From positions 45,198,001-45,262,000 of the forward strand of contig OX597831.1 of the NCBI GenBank assembly GCA_951406725.2: a stretch of 64,000 nt of DNA, in the 5' to 3' direction. The position numbers and the translations under genes are program-made. The notes under the pieces are model-generated. The model did no database searches and was not told the origin of the DNA. It worked only from the letters and a program-made list of their open reading frames with translations. This document shows, one piece after another, positions 38,690 to 52,039 of the stretch. Each line of letters begins with the position of its first letter. The first letter of the stretch is position 1. This DNA comes from Octopus vulgaris (taxonomy: Eukaryota).

Positions 38690-38843
38690 TGGCGTTAGGA
38701 AGGGCATCCAGCTGTAGAAACATTGCCAGATAAGACCGGACCCTGGTGCAGCCTTCTGGCTTCCCAGATCCCCGGTCAAACCGTCCAACCCATGCTAGCA
38801 TGGAGAACGGACGTTAAACGATGATGATGATGATGATGATGAT
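38690..38843 (+). mobile_element. RTE LINE extreme 3' end
   Basis: ggcgttaggaagggcatccagctgtagaaa...cgttaaacgatgatgat. Confidence 0.8.
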
Positions 38844-39340
38844 ATATATATGTGTGTGTGTATGAATATATACGTACATTCCATACATTTGTCTGTCTAT
38901 CTAACTGTTTGTCTATCTGTCTATCTATCTACCTCTGTGTGTGTGTGTGTGTGTATGTGTGGGTGAATTGTACAGCACTAAAATGACCCAGTACAGCAAA
39001 TAAAAGATGCATACAATAGTAAGCATTTGACATTGTGCAAATAATAATAAGTCTCTCTATAAAGAGCTCTCTAAATACACAACTATTATCCTTTGTCAAG
39101 ATGTACTTGTTAATATATCCTAGTTAAGGCCATTTCTTTTTGTTAACACTAATATTTTTACCATTGACACTTATTCTGCCAATATTTTAAGGAATGGTAT
39201 CAATGTTGCAACTCATTTTCTCAATACAACTAGGCTTTTACAATTTCATGCCAATCAAAAGAAGACTAGAAAACATTTTAATTTTGATTCTGTAGTACAC
39301 AGTCTAAGGGGAATATTCAGCAATTGATCACTATATCCAA

Positions 39341-40080
39341 TGTCATGAATCACTAGAATGATACTCATGTGATCATCGAAATCTGACCAATCACGACTTT
39401 GCCAAGAACTGGCTCCAGAAACAATTCCATCTTTTCCATTGGCTCCAGCAACAATTCCATCTTTTCCATTGGCTCCAGCAACAATTCCATCTTTTCATGG
39501 GCTCCAGCAACAATTCTATCTTTTCATGGATAGCCGGCCGACAGGAGAAGGTCGAGATTACATGTAGACTGTGTGGATAGTCATGTCTACACAGATATAG
39601 TAATTATACTCTGATACTGAAGGGCCATTATAACAATACAACCTTTTGAGGATAGTAACTTTTCTATCGACGACTTTAGAATATAACAATATGTGTCAGA
39701 GTGACAACCATCATCAAAAGACAGATACAACAATGGCAACAAGGAAAAATAAATTTATGCGGAGTGAAAAAAAAAACATTTACACAGATAGTTTAAACTA
39801 ATTCACATGGAGAATTTAATACCTTGACAAAAGAGAAATAAAAATCTTGTGCAAACTTACAAAAATTGTAAAATATAGAAGACTTGTTAGCTGGGATAGT
39901 TGAGTTGCAAAAACAGCAACAACAACAACTCAAGGAACAACAAGAACAACAACAAGAATTGCAACAACAAATGTTACACTAATGAAGTTGATAACCAAAC
40001 CAGAGAATACATTTTCCCCTGACTATGTAGCAAATTCCATATTCAAATTCAAATATGATCCCGAAGAAAAAGTAACCTAC
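39341..40080 (+). mobile_element. Gypsy-like LTR retrotransposon 5' relic: LTR (39341-39688), decayed PBS, gag N-terminus
   Basis: tgtcat...ataaca termini; next atatgtgtcagagtg resembles the tRNA-Leu PBS TGGTGTCAGAAGTG; Gln-rich segment then TFSPDYVANSIFKFKYDPEEKVT. Confidence 0.7.
39410..39529. repeat. 30-bp tandem repeat x4 inside the LTR
   Basis: ggctccagcaacaattccatcttttccatt units. Confidence 0.9.
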
Positions 40081-40424
40081 AATGTAACTGGGCTTCATGT
40101 ACCTTTGCATGTCGTTTAAGTCCTTCTGTCGAATTACACTCTCTTCCACATGCCCAACAGATATGATTACTATGGTGTGTTATATATTAACATGCATATA
40201 TATTTATACACACACACATATATATTGAGTATGTATGCCAAAATAGACAGTGAAGCCTGGTGCAGTCTACTGCCTAACCAGCCCTTGTCAAACCGTCCAA
40301 CTCATGCCAGCATAGAAAACAGATGTTGTATTATGAGGGTGATGCTGAATGTATGTTTATATATAATGTTTGATTATAGGTGGTTAACTTCAAAATCTAG
40401 CCTTGTTAACTAGGTTAAATATTC

Positions 40425-40594
40425 TTTTTTTTCTACTCTGGGCATAAGGCCTGAAATTTTAGGGGAAGGGGTCAGTTGATTAAATAGATCTCAGTACGCA
40501 ACTGGTACTTAATTTATCAATGCCGAAAGGATGAAAGGCAAAGTTGACCTTGGTGGAATTTCAACTCAGGACATAAAGACAGACGAAATACTGC
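40425..40594 (-). mobile_element. 5'-truncated SINE family B
   Basis: 16-bp TSD aactaggttaaatatt on both sides. Confidence 0.85.
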
Positions 40595-41015
40595 AACTAG
40601 GTTAAATATTGAGTCAGCCATCCTAATAACTCAGTCAAGCTTGACCAGGTCTTCCTTAACTTAATGAATGGCAAAGGATGGGCTAATATTTTCGGCTTTT
40701 TCAGTAGTCCTCCTCATAGTGAGGTGTGACATAATGGATTATCATTTTTGTGCTTTTAGCGATGAGGATGAGCGGAAGCACATTTAAGGTGTAGATGTCA
40801 CTATTCATGCTCTAGGGTTGGTGTCAGTGATCAACCCAACCCTGAAGGAAACTAAAGAGATCATGATTCTAAGGAATGCCCATGAAGGCATGGCATTCTG
40901 ACATCATCATCATCGTCATTTAATGTCTGTTTTTGATGTTGGCATGAATTGGATGGTTTGACAGGAACTGTCAAGGCCAGGCACCATACCAAACTACATT
41001 GCCTGTTTTGGCATG

Positions 41016-41054
<39 letters not shown>

Positions 41055-41205
41055 TGGAGTTTAACACAGGTGTATTTCAAATACTTTTCCTTCCAACAAG
41101 TTTCAAAGATATTACTTTACTTGCGTGATTTTTTGCTACCCTGGTAACTATTTATCTATTTTTTCCGTGTTAATTGTTAACAAGGGAAAAATACACACAT
41201 CTATT

Positions 41206-41273
<68 letters not shown>

Positions 41274-41311
41274 TATACTTTATTTAAAAGCAGCAGAAAT
41301 ATAACAAAACC

Positions 41312-41347
41312 TGTTACTCAGAGTTTCACATTCCCGTTCGTCGGACA
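41312..41347 (-). ncRNA. Minimal hammerhead-like motif, variant core CCGACGA
   Basis: UGU-CCGACGA-ACG(GGAA)UGU-GAAA-CUCUGAG-UA^ACA, in a short insert between TA tracts. Confidence 0.6.
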
Positions 41348-41394
41348 CCTTGTTTCACATTTATGTGCTTACTCCGGTATATATATATATATAT

Positions 41395-41803
41395 TCTTTT
41401 ATTCTTATATTCTTTTATTTGTTTCAGTCAATTGACTGTGGCCATGCTGGACCACCGCCTTAAAGGGTATTAGTCAAAGAAATCGATCCCAGGACTTATT
41501 TTTTGTAAGCCTAGTACTTATTCTATCGCTCTCTTTTGCTGACCTGCTAAGTTACAAGGATGTAAACACACCAACATCGGTTGTCAAGCGATGTTGGAGG
41601 GACAAACAACCATACACACACACACACAAATATATACATATATATACAACGGGCTTTTTCCAGCTACCATCTACCAAATCCACTCACAAGGCTTTGGTCA
41701 GCCTGAGGCTATGGTAGAAGACACTTGCCCAAGGTGCCACATGGTGGGACTGAACCCAGAACCATGTGGTCAGGAAGCAAGCTTCTTACCACACAGCCAT
41801 GCC

Positions 41804-41805
<2 letters not shown>
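41395..41805 (-). mobile_element. SINE family A
   Basis: Reverse-complement homology. Confidence 0.85.
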
Positions 41806-41838
<33 letters not shown>

Positions 41839-42155
41839 ATGTGTGTGTGTGTGTTCATGTGGCCACAGGACATCATGAAACATGTACAACAAAAAATACG
41901 AAGATATTGTTTTGAGCTGAGTGGAGATGCTTGATTCCCTTGTTCGAAAGTATAAGGACACAGATCATGTCGTATAGCCAGCTGAAGACGATGTCTCCTG
42001 GGGCTAAATTACAGCAACATTAGTCCTAAACCAGGACTGCCATGTTATGTTGGCAAATAATCTTTACTACAAAGTGCTGTTGCTGAATATCTCACTTTGT
42101 GAGATTTGAAAATGGTAATTTTCAAATGTATGTATGTATGTATTTATATAGAGAG

Positions 42156-42920
42156 AGGGTGCAGTGAATAAATTGTCATCTATAAAAATGAAAATAACAC
42201 TGACATCTCATTTTAATAGATATATTTAGCAAAATTATATAAAAATATCTTGAAATACTAAAGAGTAAATTTATGTTTAAAATCACCCAATGGCTTCAAC
42301 CACGTCCTTCAAATGACTTTAGAACCTCCTGCGACTCTTCTGGACAGTCTCCTTTTTCAAGTTGGTGAATGCTGCAATAATCCTTGCCTTCAGTTCATCT
42401 TTTGTGTTGCAAGGAGTTTTGTTGGTCTCTAGCTCAACTGTGCCCCACACATAATAATCAAGGGGATTACAGTCTAGGGAGTTATGTGGCCAGATGTTAG
42501 GGGTGATGTGGTCACAGGAATTGTCTGACAGCCATACTGGTTTCTCCTGCTTGTATGTGAGTGGATTTGGCAGATGGAAACTGCATAAAGGTATGGCATG
42601 GTGCAGAATCCTGCTGCCAGATATAGGGTTTCCAGCAGCCACCTCTTGATCTAGTTCAGCAATACCTTCTCCAGGCACTTGATGTAGGCCTCCATATTAT
42701 GTCTGAGGCTGTGTGGGAAGATGGAGGCATAACATCACCATCATTAGTAACTACTCCAAATACCATGATGTTGACTGGATGTTTGATTTTTATCACTCGT
42801 AGTACATGTTTTGGGGACATGATGAGCCTATGGTTGTTCTGTGTGTTCACCATCTAATCCTGGCAGAAATTCTTCTCATCTTGGTAAAACAAAAGCATAT
42901 TCAGTTGGAGGGGATGCTTA
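42156..42920 (-). pseudogene. Second DD37D (maT-type) transposase relic
   Basis: IMVFGVVTNDGDVMPP, WQQDSAPCH and IWPHNSLDCNPLDYYVWG. Confidence 0.82.
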
Positions 42921-42937
42921 AATTTGTTCAGAAGCTT

Positions 42938-42971
<34 letters not shown>

Positions 42972-43175
42972 CGTGTATCTGTGTTTGACCTGCCAACATC
43001 GCTTGACAAACAATACTGGTGTGTTTGCGCCCCCGTAATTGAGCAGTTCAGCAAAAGAGGCCGATAGAATAAGTACTAGGCTGGCAAAGAATAAGTCTTG
43101 GGGTCAATTTGCTTGATTAAATGCGGTGCTCCAGCATGGCCGCAGTCAAATGACTGAAACAAGTAAAAAGAGATA

Positions 43176-43223
<48 letters not shown>

Positions 43224-43282
43224 TGACAGATCGCTAGCCACTACACATTCTTTATTTTCTCTCCTTGTTTCTTTCCGTGTTC

Positions 43283-43318
43283 CTTTCTGTGGAAGAGCGT
43301 AGGCTCGAAACGTTAAAG
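43283..43318 (+). ncRNA. Minimal hammerhead-like motif, core CUGUGGA, in Penelope-like insert 43222-43408
   Basis: CUUU-CUGUGGA-A-GAGC(GUAG)GCUC-GAAA-CG-UU-AAAG. Confidence 0.55.
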
Positions 43319-43451
43319 ACTTTTTCACTTCCTGAATGTTATACTAATACATCTGTTTGTTGTCTACACACCACCTGTCTTTGTCTTATGTTTTTTTGTG
43401 AATTCTCCCCCCCCCCCCATACATATATAAATATATATATATATATATAGG

Positions 43452-43485
<34 letters not shown>

Positions 43486-44016
43486 GAGAGAAATGAGGAG
43501 GAGGATAAGAGGAAAAGTAATTCAATTGAATAAGGATACAAGCATTTGAGTGAATCTTAATGGGCACAAAACTTTGGGTGTGTTTCTGATGGAAATGCAT
43601 TAAATTCACCTTGTCCTTCTAAAAATGTCTGAATAGGTGCAGCATGACTGAGAATTTTCTAGCTTTACCAGCCAACTGTAAAAGCCTATTCCTACAAATG
43701 GACAAATGTGTGTGTGTGTGGGTGTGAGTGTGTGTGTGAGTGTATGTGTTTCTTCTTCATCATTATCATCATCACCATCATCATTGTCAGCATGATTAAC
43801 AATTAATGTCTGTTTTTCTATGCTTGCATGGATCTGATAAAGAATTTGTTGTGGCAGATTTCTTTATGGCTGGGTGCCCTTCCTGTCACCAATGCTCACC
43901 TGTTTGTAAAGAAGGTAATATTTTCCTATGGTCATGGAAGCTTGGAAACAAACAGCATCGCTTCTGTAATGGTGATGATTGTATACAATCCTTGTGTGAA
44001 GTCAAGATAAGGAAAC

Positions 44017-44094
<78 letters not shown>

Positions 44095-44611
44095 ACACAC
44101 AAACACTCACATATGTATGCAACAGGCTTCTTTGAGTTTTCATCTACCAAATCCACTCACAAGATATTGGTCAGCCCAGTGCTATAGTAGAAGACACATG
44201 TCCAAGGTACCAAACAGAGGGACTGAACCTGTGACCATATGGCTGGGAAGCAAACTTCTCAACCACATGACTATGCTTTATATACACTCTCACACACACA
44301 CACATTCTTGAGGATGATATACAGCCTTCATTTCCCATTGAAACCAGCTGCCACAGTCTTCTCAACAAGATCTGTACATTATTTTTAGTGGAAGATCATT
44401 TTGGCCCCCAAACAACTGAAGAAATCCACAAGGAAGACTGCCAAAGCAGCTAAGACCAGCTTAAGGTTCTACGTGATTATGGTTGCCAAAAAGTCACAGG
44501 TAAAGGGTCATTTAGTCCTCACTGCTCTACTCAGGTTAAGTGTATAGGCCAAGGTGTGAATGCTTTTCACCCTGGGATACCAGCTGCAGATACATTAAGA
44601 GAAAGAACTTG

Positions 44612-45031
44612 CAGTGTGGTAAGTAGCTTGCTTACCAACCACATGATTCCAGGTTCAGTCTCACTGCGTGGCACCTTGGGCAAGTGTCTTCTACTATAGC
44701 CTCGGGCAAACCAAAGCCTTGTGAGTGGATTTGGTAGATGGAAACTGAAAGAAGCCCATCGTATATATGTATATATATGTGTGTGTGTGTCCCACCAACA
44801 TCACTTGACAACTGATGCTGGTGTGTTTACATCCCCTGTAACTTAGTGGTTTGGCAAAAGGAGACCAATAGAATAAGTACTAGGCTTACAAAGAATAAGT
44901 CCTGGGGTCGATTTGTTTGACTAAAGGCGGTGCTCCAGCACCTTAACAAAAAATAGGTATTGAAGCTGAGTCATTCAACTAAAAATTTTTCAAGTGCCCC
45001 ACCATGGCTGCAGTCTAATGACTGAAACAAA

Positions 45032-45035
<4 letters not shown>
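44612..45035 (+). mobile_element. SINE family A
   Basis: Homology to other copies. Confidence 0.82.
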
Positions 45036-45069
<34 letters not shown>

Positions 45070-45074
45070 TTATT

Positions 45075-45500
45075 CATCATCATCGTTTAACATCCGCTTT
45101 CCATGCTAGCATGGGTTGGACGATTTGACTGATCTGGCAGAGTTTCTACAGCTGGATGCCCTTCCTAATATCAACCATTCAGAGTGTGTAGTGTGTGCTT
45201 TTACATGCCACCGGCACAAGGGCCATTCAGGCAGTACTGGCGTCAGCCACGCTCAAATGGTGCTTTTTATGTGCCACCTGCACAGGAGCCAGTCCAGGGG
45301 AACTGGCAACAATCTCGCTCGAATATTTTTCATGCACCACTGGCACAAGTGCCAGTAAGGTGACACTGGTAGCGATCACGCTCGAATGGTGCTTTTTATG
45401 TGCCACCGGCATGGAAGCCAGTTAGCTGCTCTGGCAACGATCATGCTCGGATGGTGCTCTTAGCACTCCACTTGCACGGATGCCAGTCATCGAATTTGAT
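45075..45500 (-). mobile_element. RTE LINE 3'UTR fragment
   Basis: (CAT)n tail and internal tandem units homologous to 2430-2837. Confidence 0.8.
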
Positions 45501-45524
45501 TTCGATTTCAATTTCGCTTGCTTC

Positions 45525-45560
<36 letters not shown>

Positions 45561-45857
45561 TGGCTGTGTGATAAGACACTTGCTTCCCAACCACATGGTT
45601 CTGGGTTCAGTCACATTGTGTGGCACTTTGGGCAAGTGTCAACCAAAACCTTGTGAGTGGATTTGTTAGACGGAAATTGAAAGAAGGCCATTATATATAT
45701 AACACACACACATACACACACATATATATATTTATTTATTTATTTATTGCTATTTATGCTTCATAAAATGAGTAACATATCTTTTAAATTGACAGATGTT
45801 TCCAGATCAAAGAAAAAAATAAAATGAAATAAATGTAAAAACTATTTATGAATTTAT

Positions 45858-45892
<35 letters not shown>

Positions 45893-46187
45893 TAAATGCG
45901 TTTCTGCTTTTCTAAACAGATGAATGAAATACACAAAAGCACAAAAACATATAGTTATGTATTTGTACACATGTTTACATATATATATATATATATATCC
46001 ATATATGTGTATGAGTGAGTGTGTATGTGTGTTTGTAAGCATATGTGTGTGTGTGTGTGCACATAACAAATCTGATTTTTACACAGATCTTCCATTTTTA
46101 TGGGAGCCACATTGAAAAAAAGATACATGCATGGTCTTGGCATCCTACTTGAATCATATGGTTTTGATGTGTGTATGTGCATGGCTC

Positions 46188-46219
<32 letters not shown>

Positions 46220-46358
46220 TGTGTGTGCGTGTGTGTGTGTGTGTGTGCAATACTAAATGCTTAAGGAGTGTAGTCTGGAGCTTCTCACAGTGAGTGAGTT
46301 TGTATATATTTTTTCAGGCCACAATAAGTGTCTGTTTGTCTGTGTACCTCTCACTCTC

Positions 46359-46420
<62 letters not shown>

Positions 46421-46641
46421 CATACATATATCATCATCATCATTTAACATCCAATATACATATATATATATATATAAATTTACATATCATCATCATCATT
46501 TAACATCCAATATACATACATATATATATATACATACATACGCACATACACATATACATACATACATGCATACATATACATACATATATATGCACACACA
46601 CATGCACATACACACACACATGCACGCACACAAACACACAC

Positions 46642-47103
46642 AGAAGTGCCAATCTCTAACTCTGGAGGGAACCTGTGGAAGAGGTAGACCCAGCTCAGGA
46701 AGACATGGGATGAAGTGGTGAAACATGATTGTCAAATGCTGGGCCTCATAGAGGTGATGACAAGTAATCAAGACCTTTGGTGATATGCAGTGCTTGAGAA
46801 GACTCATCAAGCTGAGTGAAATTGTAGCCATGGTCAGTGCTGGTCACCCATGCCAGTTGTATGTAAAAGCATTTGTGCCACTAGGACATAAAAGTACCTG
46901 CACTGGTGGCACATAACAAGGACCCACAACACTCTTGGAGTGGTTGGCATTGGGAAGAGCATCCAGCTGCAGAAACCGTACCGTATCAGACTGGAACTTG
47001 GTACGGATCTATGGTTTAGTAGTCCCAGTCAAACTGTCTAACCCATACCCATGCCAGCATGGAAAGCAGATGCAAAATGATGATGATGATGATGATGATC
47101 ATC
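46642..47103 (+). mobile_element. RTE LINE 3' end
   Basis: KCQSLTLEGTCGRGRP, then 3'UTR and (GAT)n tail. Confidence 0.8.
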
Positions 47104-47474
47104 ATCCGGTGTTTTAAATCTGGGTTTTGTACCCGTTAACAGGAGTGGCCGGATATACCTCAATGCCATAGCAACCGAGCCAGGCAGGTGCAGCTCACCC
47201 CCAACTTTAAGGCTGGCTGGTTGGGGCCCATTCTCCTTTGCTATCATGAGGCTTGTTTTGGAGCTGAATTTTCTACGGAGTGCATGCCCTTGCTTACCCC
47301 CAGCCTTGGTTTCTAGACATGAGTGGTCCCAAGACCCTAGGACTTATTCTTTGTAAGCCTAGTACTTATTCTATTAGTCTCCTTTTGCTGAACAGCTAAG
47401 TTGCGGGGACGTAAACACACCAGCATCTGTAGTGAAACGATGTTGGGGGGGACAAACACAGATACACAACATAT

Positions 47475-47510
<36 letters not shown>

Positions 47511-47611
47511 ATATATATGACAGGCTTCTTTCAGTTTCCGTCTACCAAATCCACTCACAAGGCTTTGGTCGGCCTGAGGCTATATTAGAAGACACTTGCC
47601 CAAGGTGCCCC

Positions 47612-48412
47612 ATTGGATATTAAACATGATGGTTTAGAAAGGGTTGATGCAAGAGGAAAACATCGGTCACATTGCTGAAACATTAAAGTTTGGAACATCT
47701 ACAGTCAGAACAATACTTGATAGTAGGGATGAAATTAAGTCACTTGCTCAAGAAGTTACTCTGTTAACTGCTCAAACATAATGTTTAAAATAGGACAGCT
47801 TTTGAGCGTATAGATCAAGCATCAGACTTGATACATTGTACTGATAAGGACAAGGGCAATTAAAAAGCCAAAAGTTTGTATTCTTTCTTTTATTTTTTTA
47901 TTTGTTTCAGTCATATGACTGGGGCCATACTGGAGCACTGCCTTTTAGTCAAAGAAATCGACCCCTGGACTTATTCTTTGTAAGCCTGGTACTTATTCTA
48001 TCATCAGTCTCTTCTGCCGAACCGCTAAGTTATGGGGACATAAACACACCAGCATCAGCTGTCAAGTGATGGCAGCGGGACAAATACGGATACAAAGATA
48101 CACACACACAAACACATATATATATACAATGGGCTTCTTTCAGTTTCCGTCAACCAAATCCACTCACAAGGCTCTGGTTGGCTCAAGGCTATATAGTATA
48201 TGGAACCATGTGGTTGGGAAGCAAGCTTTTTACCAAATAGCTGTATTATGATCTTTCAGTAAAAACACCATAAAACCTTTAATGAAAAGACTTTTCTGAT
48301 TAGTAAAGGGTGGTTTGAAAGGTTTAAGAAGCACTTGAAACAAAAGCTACCGCTAATTATCTTGAGCAACTGAAAGAAATGATTGCTGGAGCAGGATACA
48401 CAGCAGAGCAAT
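47612..48412 (+). pseudogene. Tigger/pogo transposase fragments interrupted by a family A SINE (about 47885-48245, -)
   Basis: HIAETLKFGTSTVRTILDSRDEIK, ISKGWFERFKK and LKEMIAGAGYTAEQ. Confidence 0.7.
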
Positions 48413-48950
48413 AACAACATATACACACACATGTATGTGTGTGTGAAGGTCTTTGGCCCAGTGGTTAGGGTGCTACACTCACAGTCGTTAGCTTATATAT
48501 TCAATTCCCAGATTGAATGGTGCATTGTGTTCTTGAATAAAACACTTCATTTCACATTGATCTGCAATCATTTCAACATGTGACATGTTGTGGCATGCAG
48601 CACGTTGTGTAAGCTTGTGACATCTGACATGTGGTACGTTGTGCACCTGTACAGGCAGTGTTGATTTTGATGGAGGCAGTTAGCTTGTGTGCAACACAAA
48701 ACATTTGATCACTCCAAACAAATCATTTGTGTGGTTGTTCAACAAGAAATTGCAGAAACCTCACCTGTCGTCTAAGGACAGGAAGATCCATAAAAAGGAA
48801 AACAATTTTAATATAACATAATGTGTGTGTGTGTGTCCTTTGCATTGTAGGAACCTTAGTTAGGGAATTCCAGACTTATGGAAATTGTGAAGTATGACAA
48901 CTAATTTTATTCTGTAAATGTTAATTTTAAAGTTAAGATCTTAAGATATA

Positions 48951-49365
48951 GGCGCAGGAGTGGCTGTGTGGTAAGTAACCTGCTTACCAACCACACGGTT
49001 CCGGGTTCAGTCCCACTGCGTGGCACCTTGGGAAAGTGTCTTCTACTATAGCCTCGGGCCAACCAAAGCCTTGTGAGTGGATTTGGTAGACAGAAACTGA
49101 AAGAAGCCTGTCGTATATATATATATATATATGTATATATATGTGTGTGTGTGTGTTTGTGTGTCTGTGTTTGTCCCCCCAACATCGCTTGACAACCGAT
49201 GCTGGTATGTTTACGTCCTCGTTACTTAGCAGTTCGGCAAAAGAGATCGACAGAATAAGTACTGGGCTTACAAAGAATAAGTCCTGGGGTCGATTTACTC
49301 GACTAAAAGGCGGTGCTCCAGCATTGCCACAGTCAAATGACTGAAACAAGTAAAAAAAAAAGAGA
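48951..49365 (+). mobile_element. SINE family A, well-preserved full-length copy
   Basis: Starts ggcgcaggagtggctgtgtggtaag; all modules present. Confidence 0.9.
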
Positions 49366-50056
49366 AAAAAAGAATCTCTGTAAGCATGTGTGTGTGCGTA
49401 CAAAAATATATATGTAAGAATAATATATACAAATATGGGGTGACTCTTTAATATGCTTGGTTGCTTCTTTTGTCCTTAATCTGTCTCTACTTTGAACATT
49501 TTTGTAGTTTGTAACCAAACAATTCAGTTCCTAAATCTATTTAGCTACTCCGATTGGCATTTTCATATTTTTCACTGCTCTCCACATTCTTGCTGGCACC
49601 TATTTTCTCTCTCATCCCCTCCACATCTACCTGGTATGTAATAGCTTTCGACATTCTTGCCAACGCCTATTCACTCTCTTCTCTGCACCTACCTTGCTGG
49701 TGAGTTCACTAATTAAACCGACCTTGTTCTACACTGAACTCATCATTCTTGTCCACGCCTAACTATATCCTTCTCTACTATATATGTCATCTTGTTTGTA
49801 TACATGCAACTGACCTGAATCTTGTTACTATCTTAAATCAATGCTGTAGTTTCTCTTACATTGTACAACTTTGTTACCACTCCTTCATTCCTTTCATTTT
49901 CTGGTTTCCATTCTTGTATACACCTTCCACTCCTTTGATGCTCTCATTTCCATCTTGCACCACCTTCCACTCCTTTCATTGTTTTTTCTTTCCATTCTTC
50001 CATCCAAAATTAATCCGTTCTACTAAAGTACAAAGCTTGATTTTTATCTGTGGCAA

Positions 50057-50563
50057 ATAAAATCCCAAGGCTCAACTTGTTCTTATTTTACCCCAGTAAA
50101 ATCAACCCCCAGGGCTCAACTGGTTCTTTTTTACCCCAATAAAATCAACCCCAGGGCTCAACTGGTTCTTTTTTACCCCAGTAAAATCAACCCCAGGGCT
50201 CAACTGGTTCTTATTTTACCCCAATAAAATCAACCCCAGGGTTCAAATGGTTCTTTTTTACCCCAGTAAGATCAACCCCAGGGTTCAACTTGTTCTTATT
50301 TTACCCCAGTAAAATCAACCCCGGGGTTCAACTGGTTCTTATTTTACCCCAGTAAAATCAACCCCAGGGCTCAACTTGTTCTTATTTTACCCCAGTAAAA
50401 CCAACCTCAGGGCTCAACTTGTTCTTATTTTACCCCAGTAAAATCAACCCCAGGGCTCAACTGATTCTTATTTTACCCCAGTAAAATCAACCTCAGGGCT
50501 CAGCTGGTTCTTGTTTTACCCCAGTAAAATCAACCCCAGTACTCAACTGGTTCTCATTTTATC
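50057..50563. repeat. Minisatellite, 12 units of 42-44 bp
   Basis: Unit aaatcaaccccagggctcaactggttcttattttaccccagta; no spacers. Confidence 0.95.
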
Positions 50564-50850
50564 AACTCCCCAAAAAAAGTATTGCATCTAAAATAATAAG
50601 ATGACTACTTTTAGGCAATGATCCCTTATTTCTTCAGCTGTTGTTTTAAATACGTGGTGTGATTATCTTGTTTATAAATTGCTGCTGTTGTATTTACAAC
50701 AAACACATACAGTGTAATACATCACTCTTATTCAAGTCAGTAAATGGAAGTGAAGTTAGTAGTACAAAGAAGATAAAGAGTTTATGCTGCACAATAAACA
50801 TGTCTTTCAAAGATACAGACGAAAAGAAATTCTGCCATATTACCAAAACA

Positions 50851-51274
50851 TTACCTTTTAGCATTCAGAATATTCTATCAAATTTAATGCTTATTTATTC
50901 ACATTGTTTTGAATTAACCCTGCTTTATCTTCTGCCTTTGAGATTTCAATTAGGTGATTGTTTTCTATGAGGAATTGTTTTGTAGGTTTTGTAAGAGAGG
51001 TCGTATCTGGTCAGTTTGAACATAAATAGGTAGAATATTTTGGTCTGGATATGGTCAAGCATTCAAATTACTTTGTTGTATGTAATGCTTATTTATAGAC
51101 ATTGTTTCGAATTAACCCTGCATTATCTTGTAGATTTGAGATTTTGGTGATGGGATTGTTTATTTTTTTGAATGACACTGTAGATTAGGTGTGAGAGGCC
51201 AGACCTGGTCAGCTTCAACATAAAACAGAATATTTTGGTCAGGATATGGACCTGTTTAAATGTTAATGGGTTAA
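50851..51274. mobile_element. Head-to-tail dimer of the piggyBac-type MITE
   Basis: Two internal units (junction near 51057) between outer ttaccttttagc and aatggg|ttaa ends. Confidence 0.75.
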
Positions 51275-51404
51275 TGTTTGTAATGTTAATAGTTGAAACA
51301 ATATAAACAATAAAACAATAAACAATAAAAAAACAATTAATTCAAGTTGATATACTGTTAAGTACCCAGTCATTCATTGTTTTTTTATTCAAATATCTGT
51401 TACC

Positions 51405-51815
51405 ATGCTGAATATAGAAGAGCTCTTGAGTGGATCAAGGACCAAACTGGATGAAATCTAATAATGAACACAATGGCCATTCAAGAGATAATTTGCTGAA
51501 AGGAAAAAAAGTGTCTTTTACTGGTTCTTAAAGGCTGCTTTGAAAGATTTAAAAGGTACTTTATTTCGCATGATATTAAAATGACAGGTTAAGCTGCTAA
51601 TGCTGTTACTGAAGCTGCCACAAATTACCCTGAGAAACTGAAGAAAGTGATTGCTGACAAAGACTATAGACCAGAATAAGTGTGTGTGTTGATGAAACTG
51701 AGCTTTTCCAGAAGTGCACAGCTGTTAAGACTTTTATTTCTTGCAAAGGAAATCAATAGTAGGCTTCAAAGCTTTCAAAAGACATCTGATGTTTCTTCTG
51801 GGAATAAATGCTCTG
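51405..51815 (+). pseudogene. Tigger/pogo transposase fragment
   Basis: KGCFERFK, EAATNYPEKLKKVIADKDYRPE and VDETELF-like motifs. Confidence 0.7.
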
Positions 51816-52039
51816 TCAGCATACTTTTATTTCTTTTCTCTCACACATCCTGAGCTTCTTTCCCCTGAACCACAGAGACTTCTCTCACTCCCCTGCCATC
51901 TCAGTCATATTCACTTGAGTATTTACACCTATCTCAAAGCAATGGATATTCCAGTCACTCCCCCTCTCATCCACCCACAAATCATACGTCTCTCTCATCA
52001 CTACCAGAACAAAATAATTTGTTATTCATTCTTGAAAAA

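Noticed and set aside
39410-39529. CRISPR-like 30-bp repeats
   Set aside because: Head-to-tail tandem with no spacers.
41979-42040. Extra hammerhead (cagctgaaga...taaaccaggactg)
   Set aside because: GAAA and the NUH triplet are missing; too degenerate to call.
48951-49025. tRNA gene
   Set aside because: tRNA-like SINE head with A/B-box-like motifs that runs into the SINE body; no convincing cloverleaf.
50057-50563. CRISPR array
   Set aside because: Units are contiguous with no unique spacers, there are no cas genes, the context is eukaryotic and the unit is SINE-derived.
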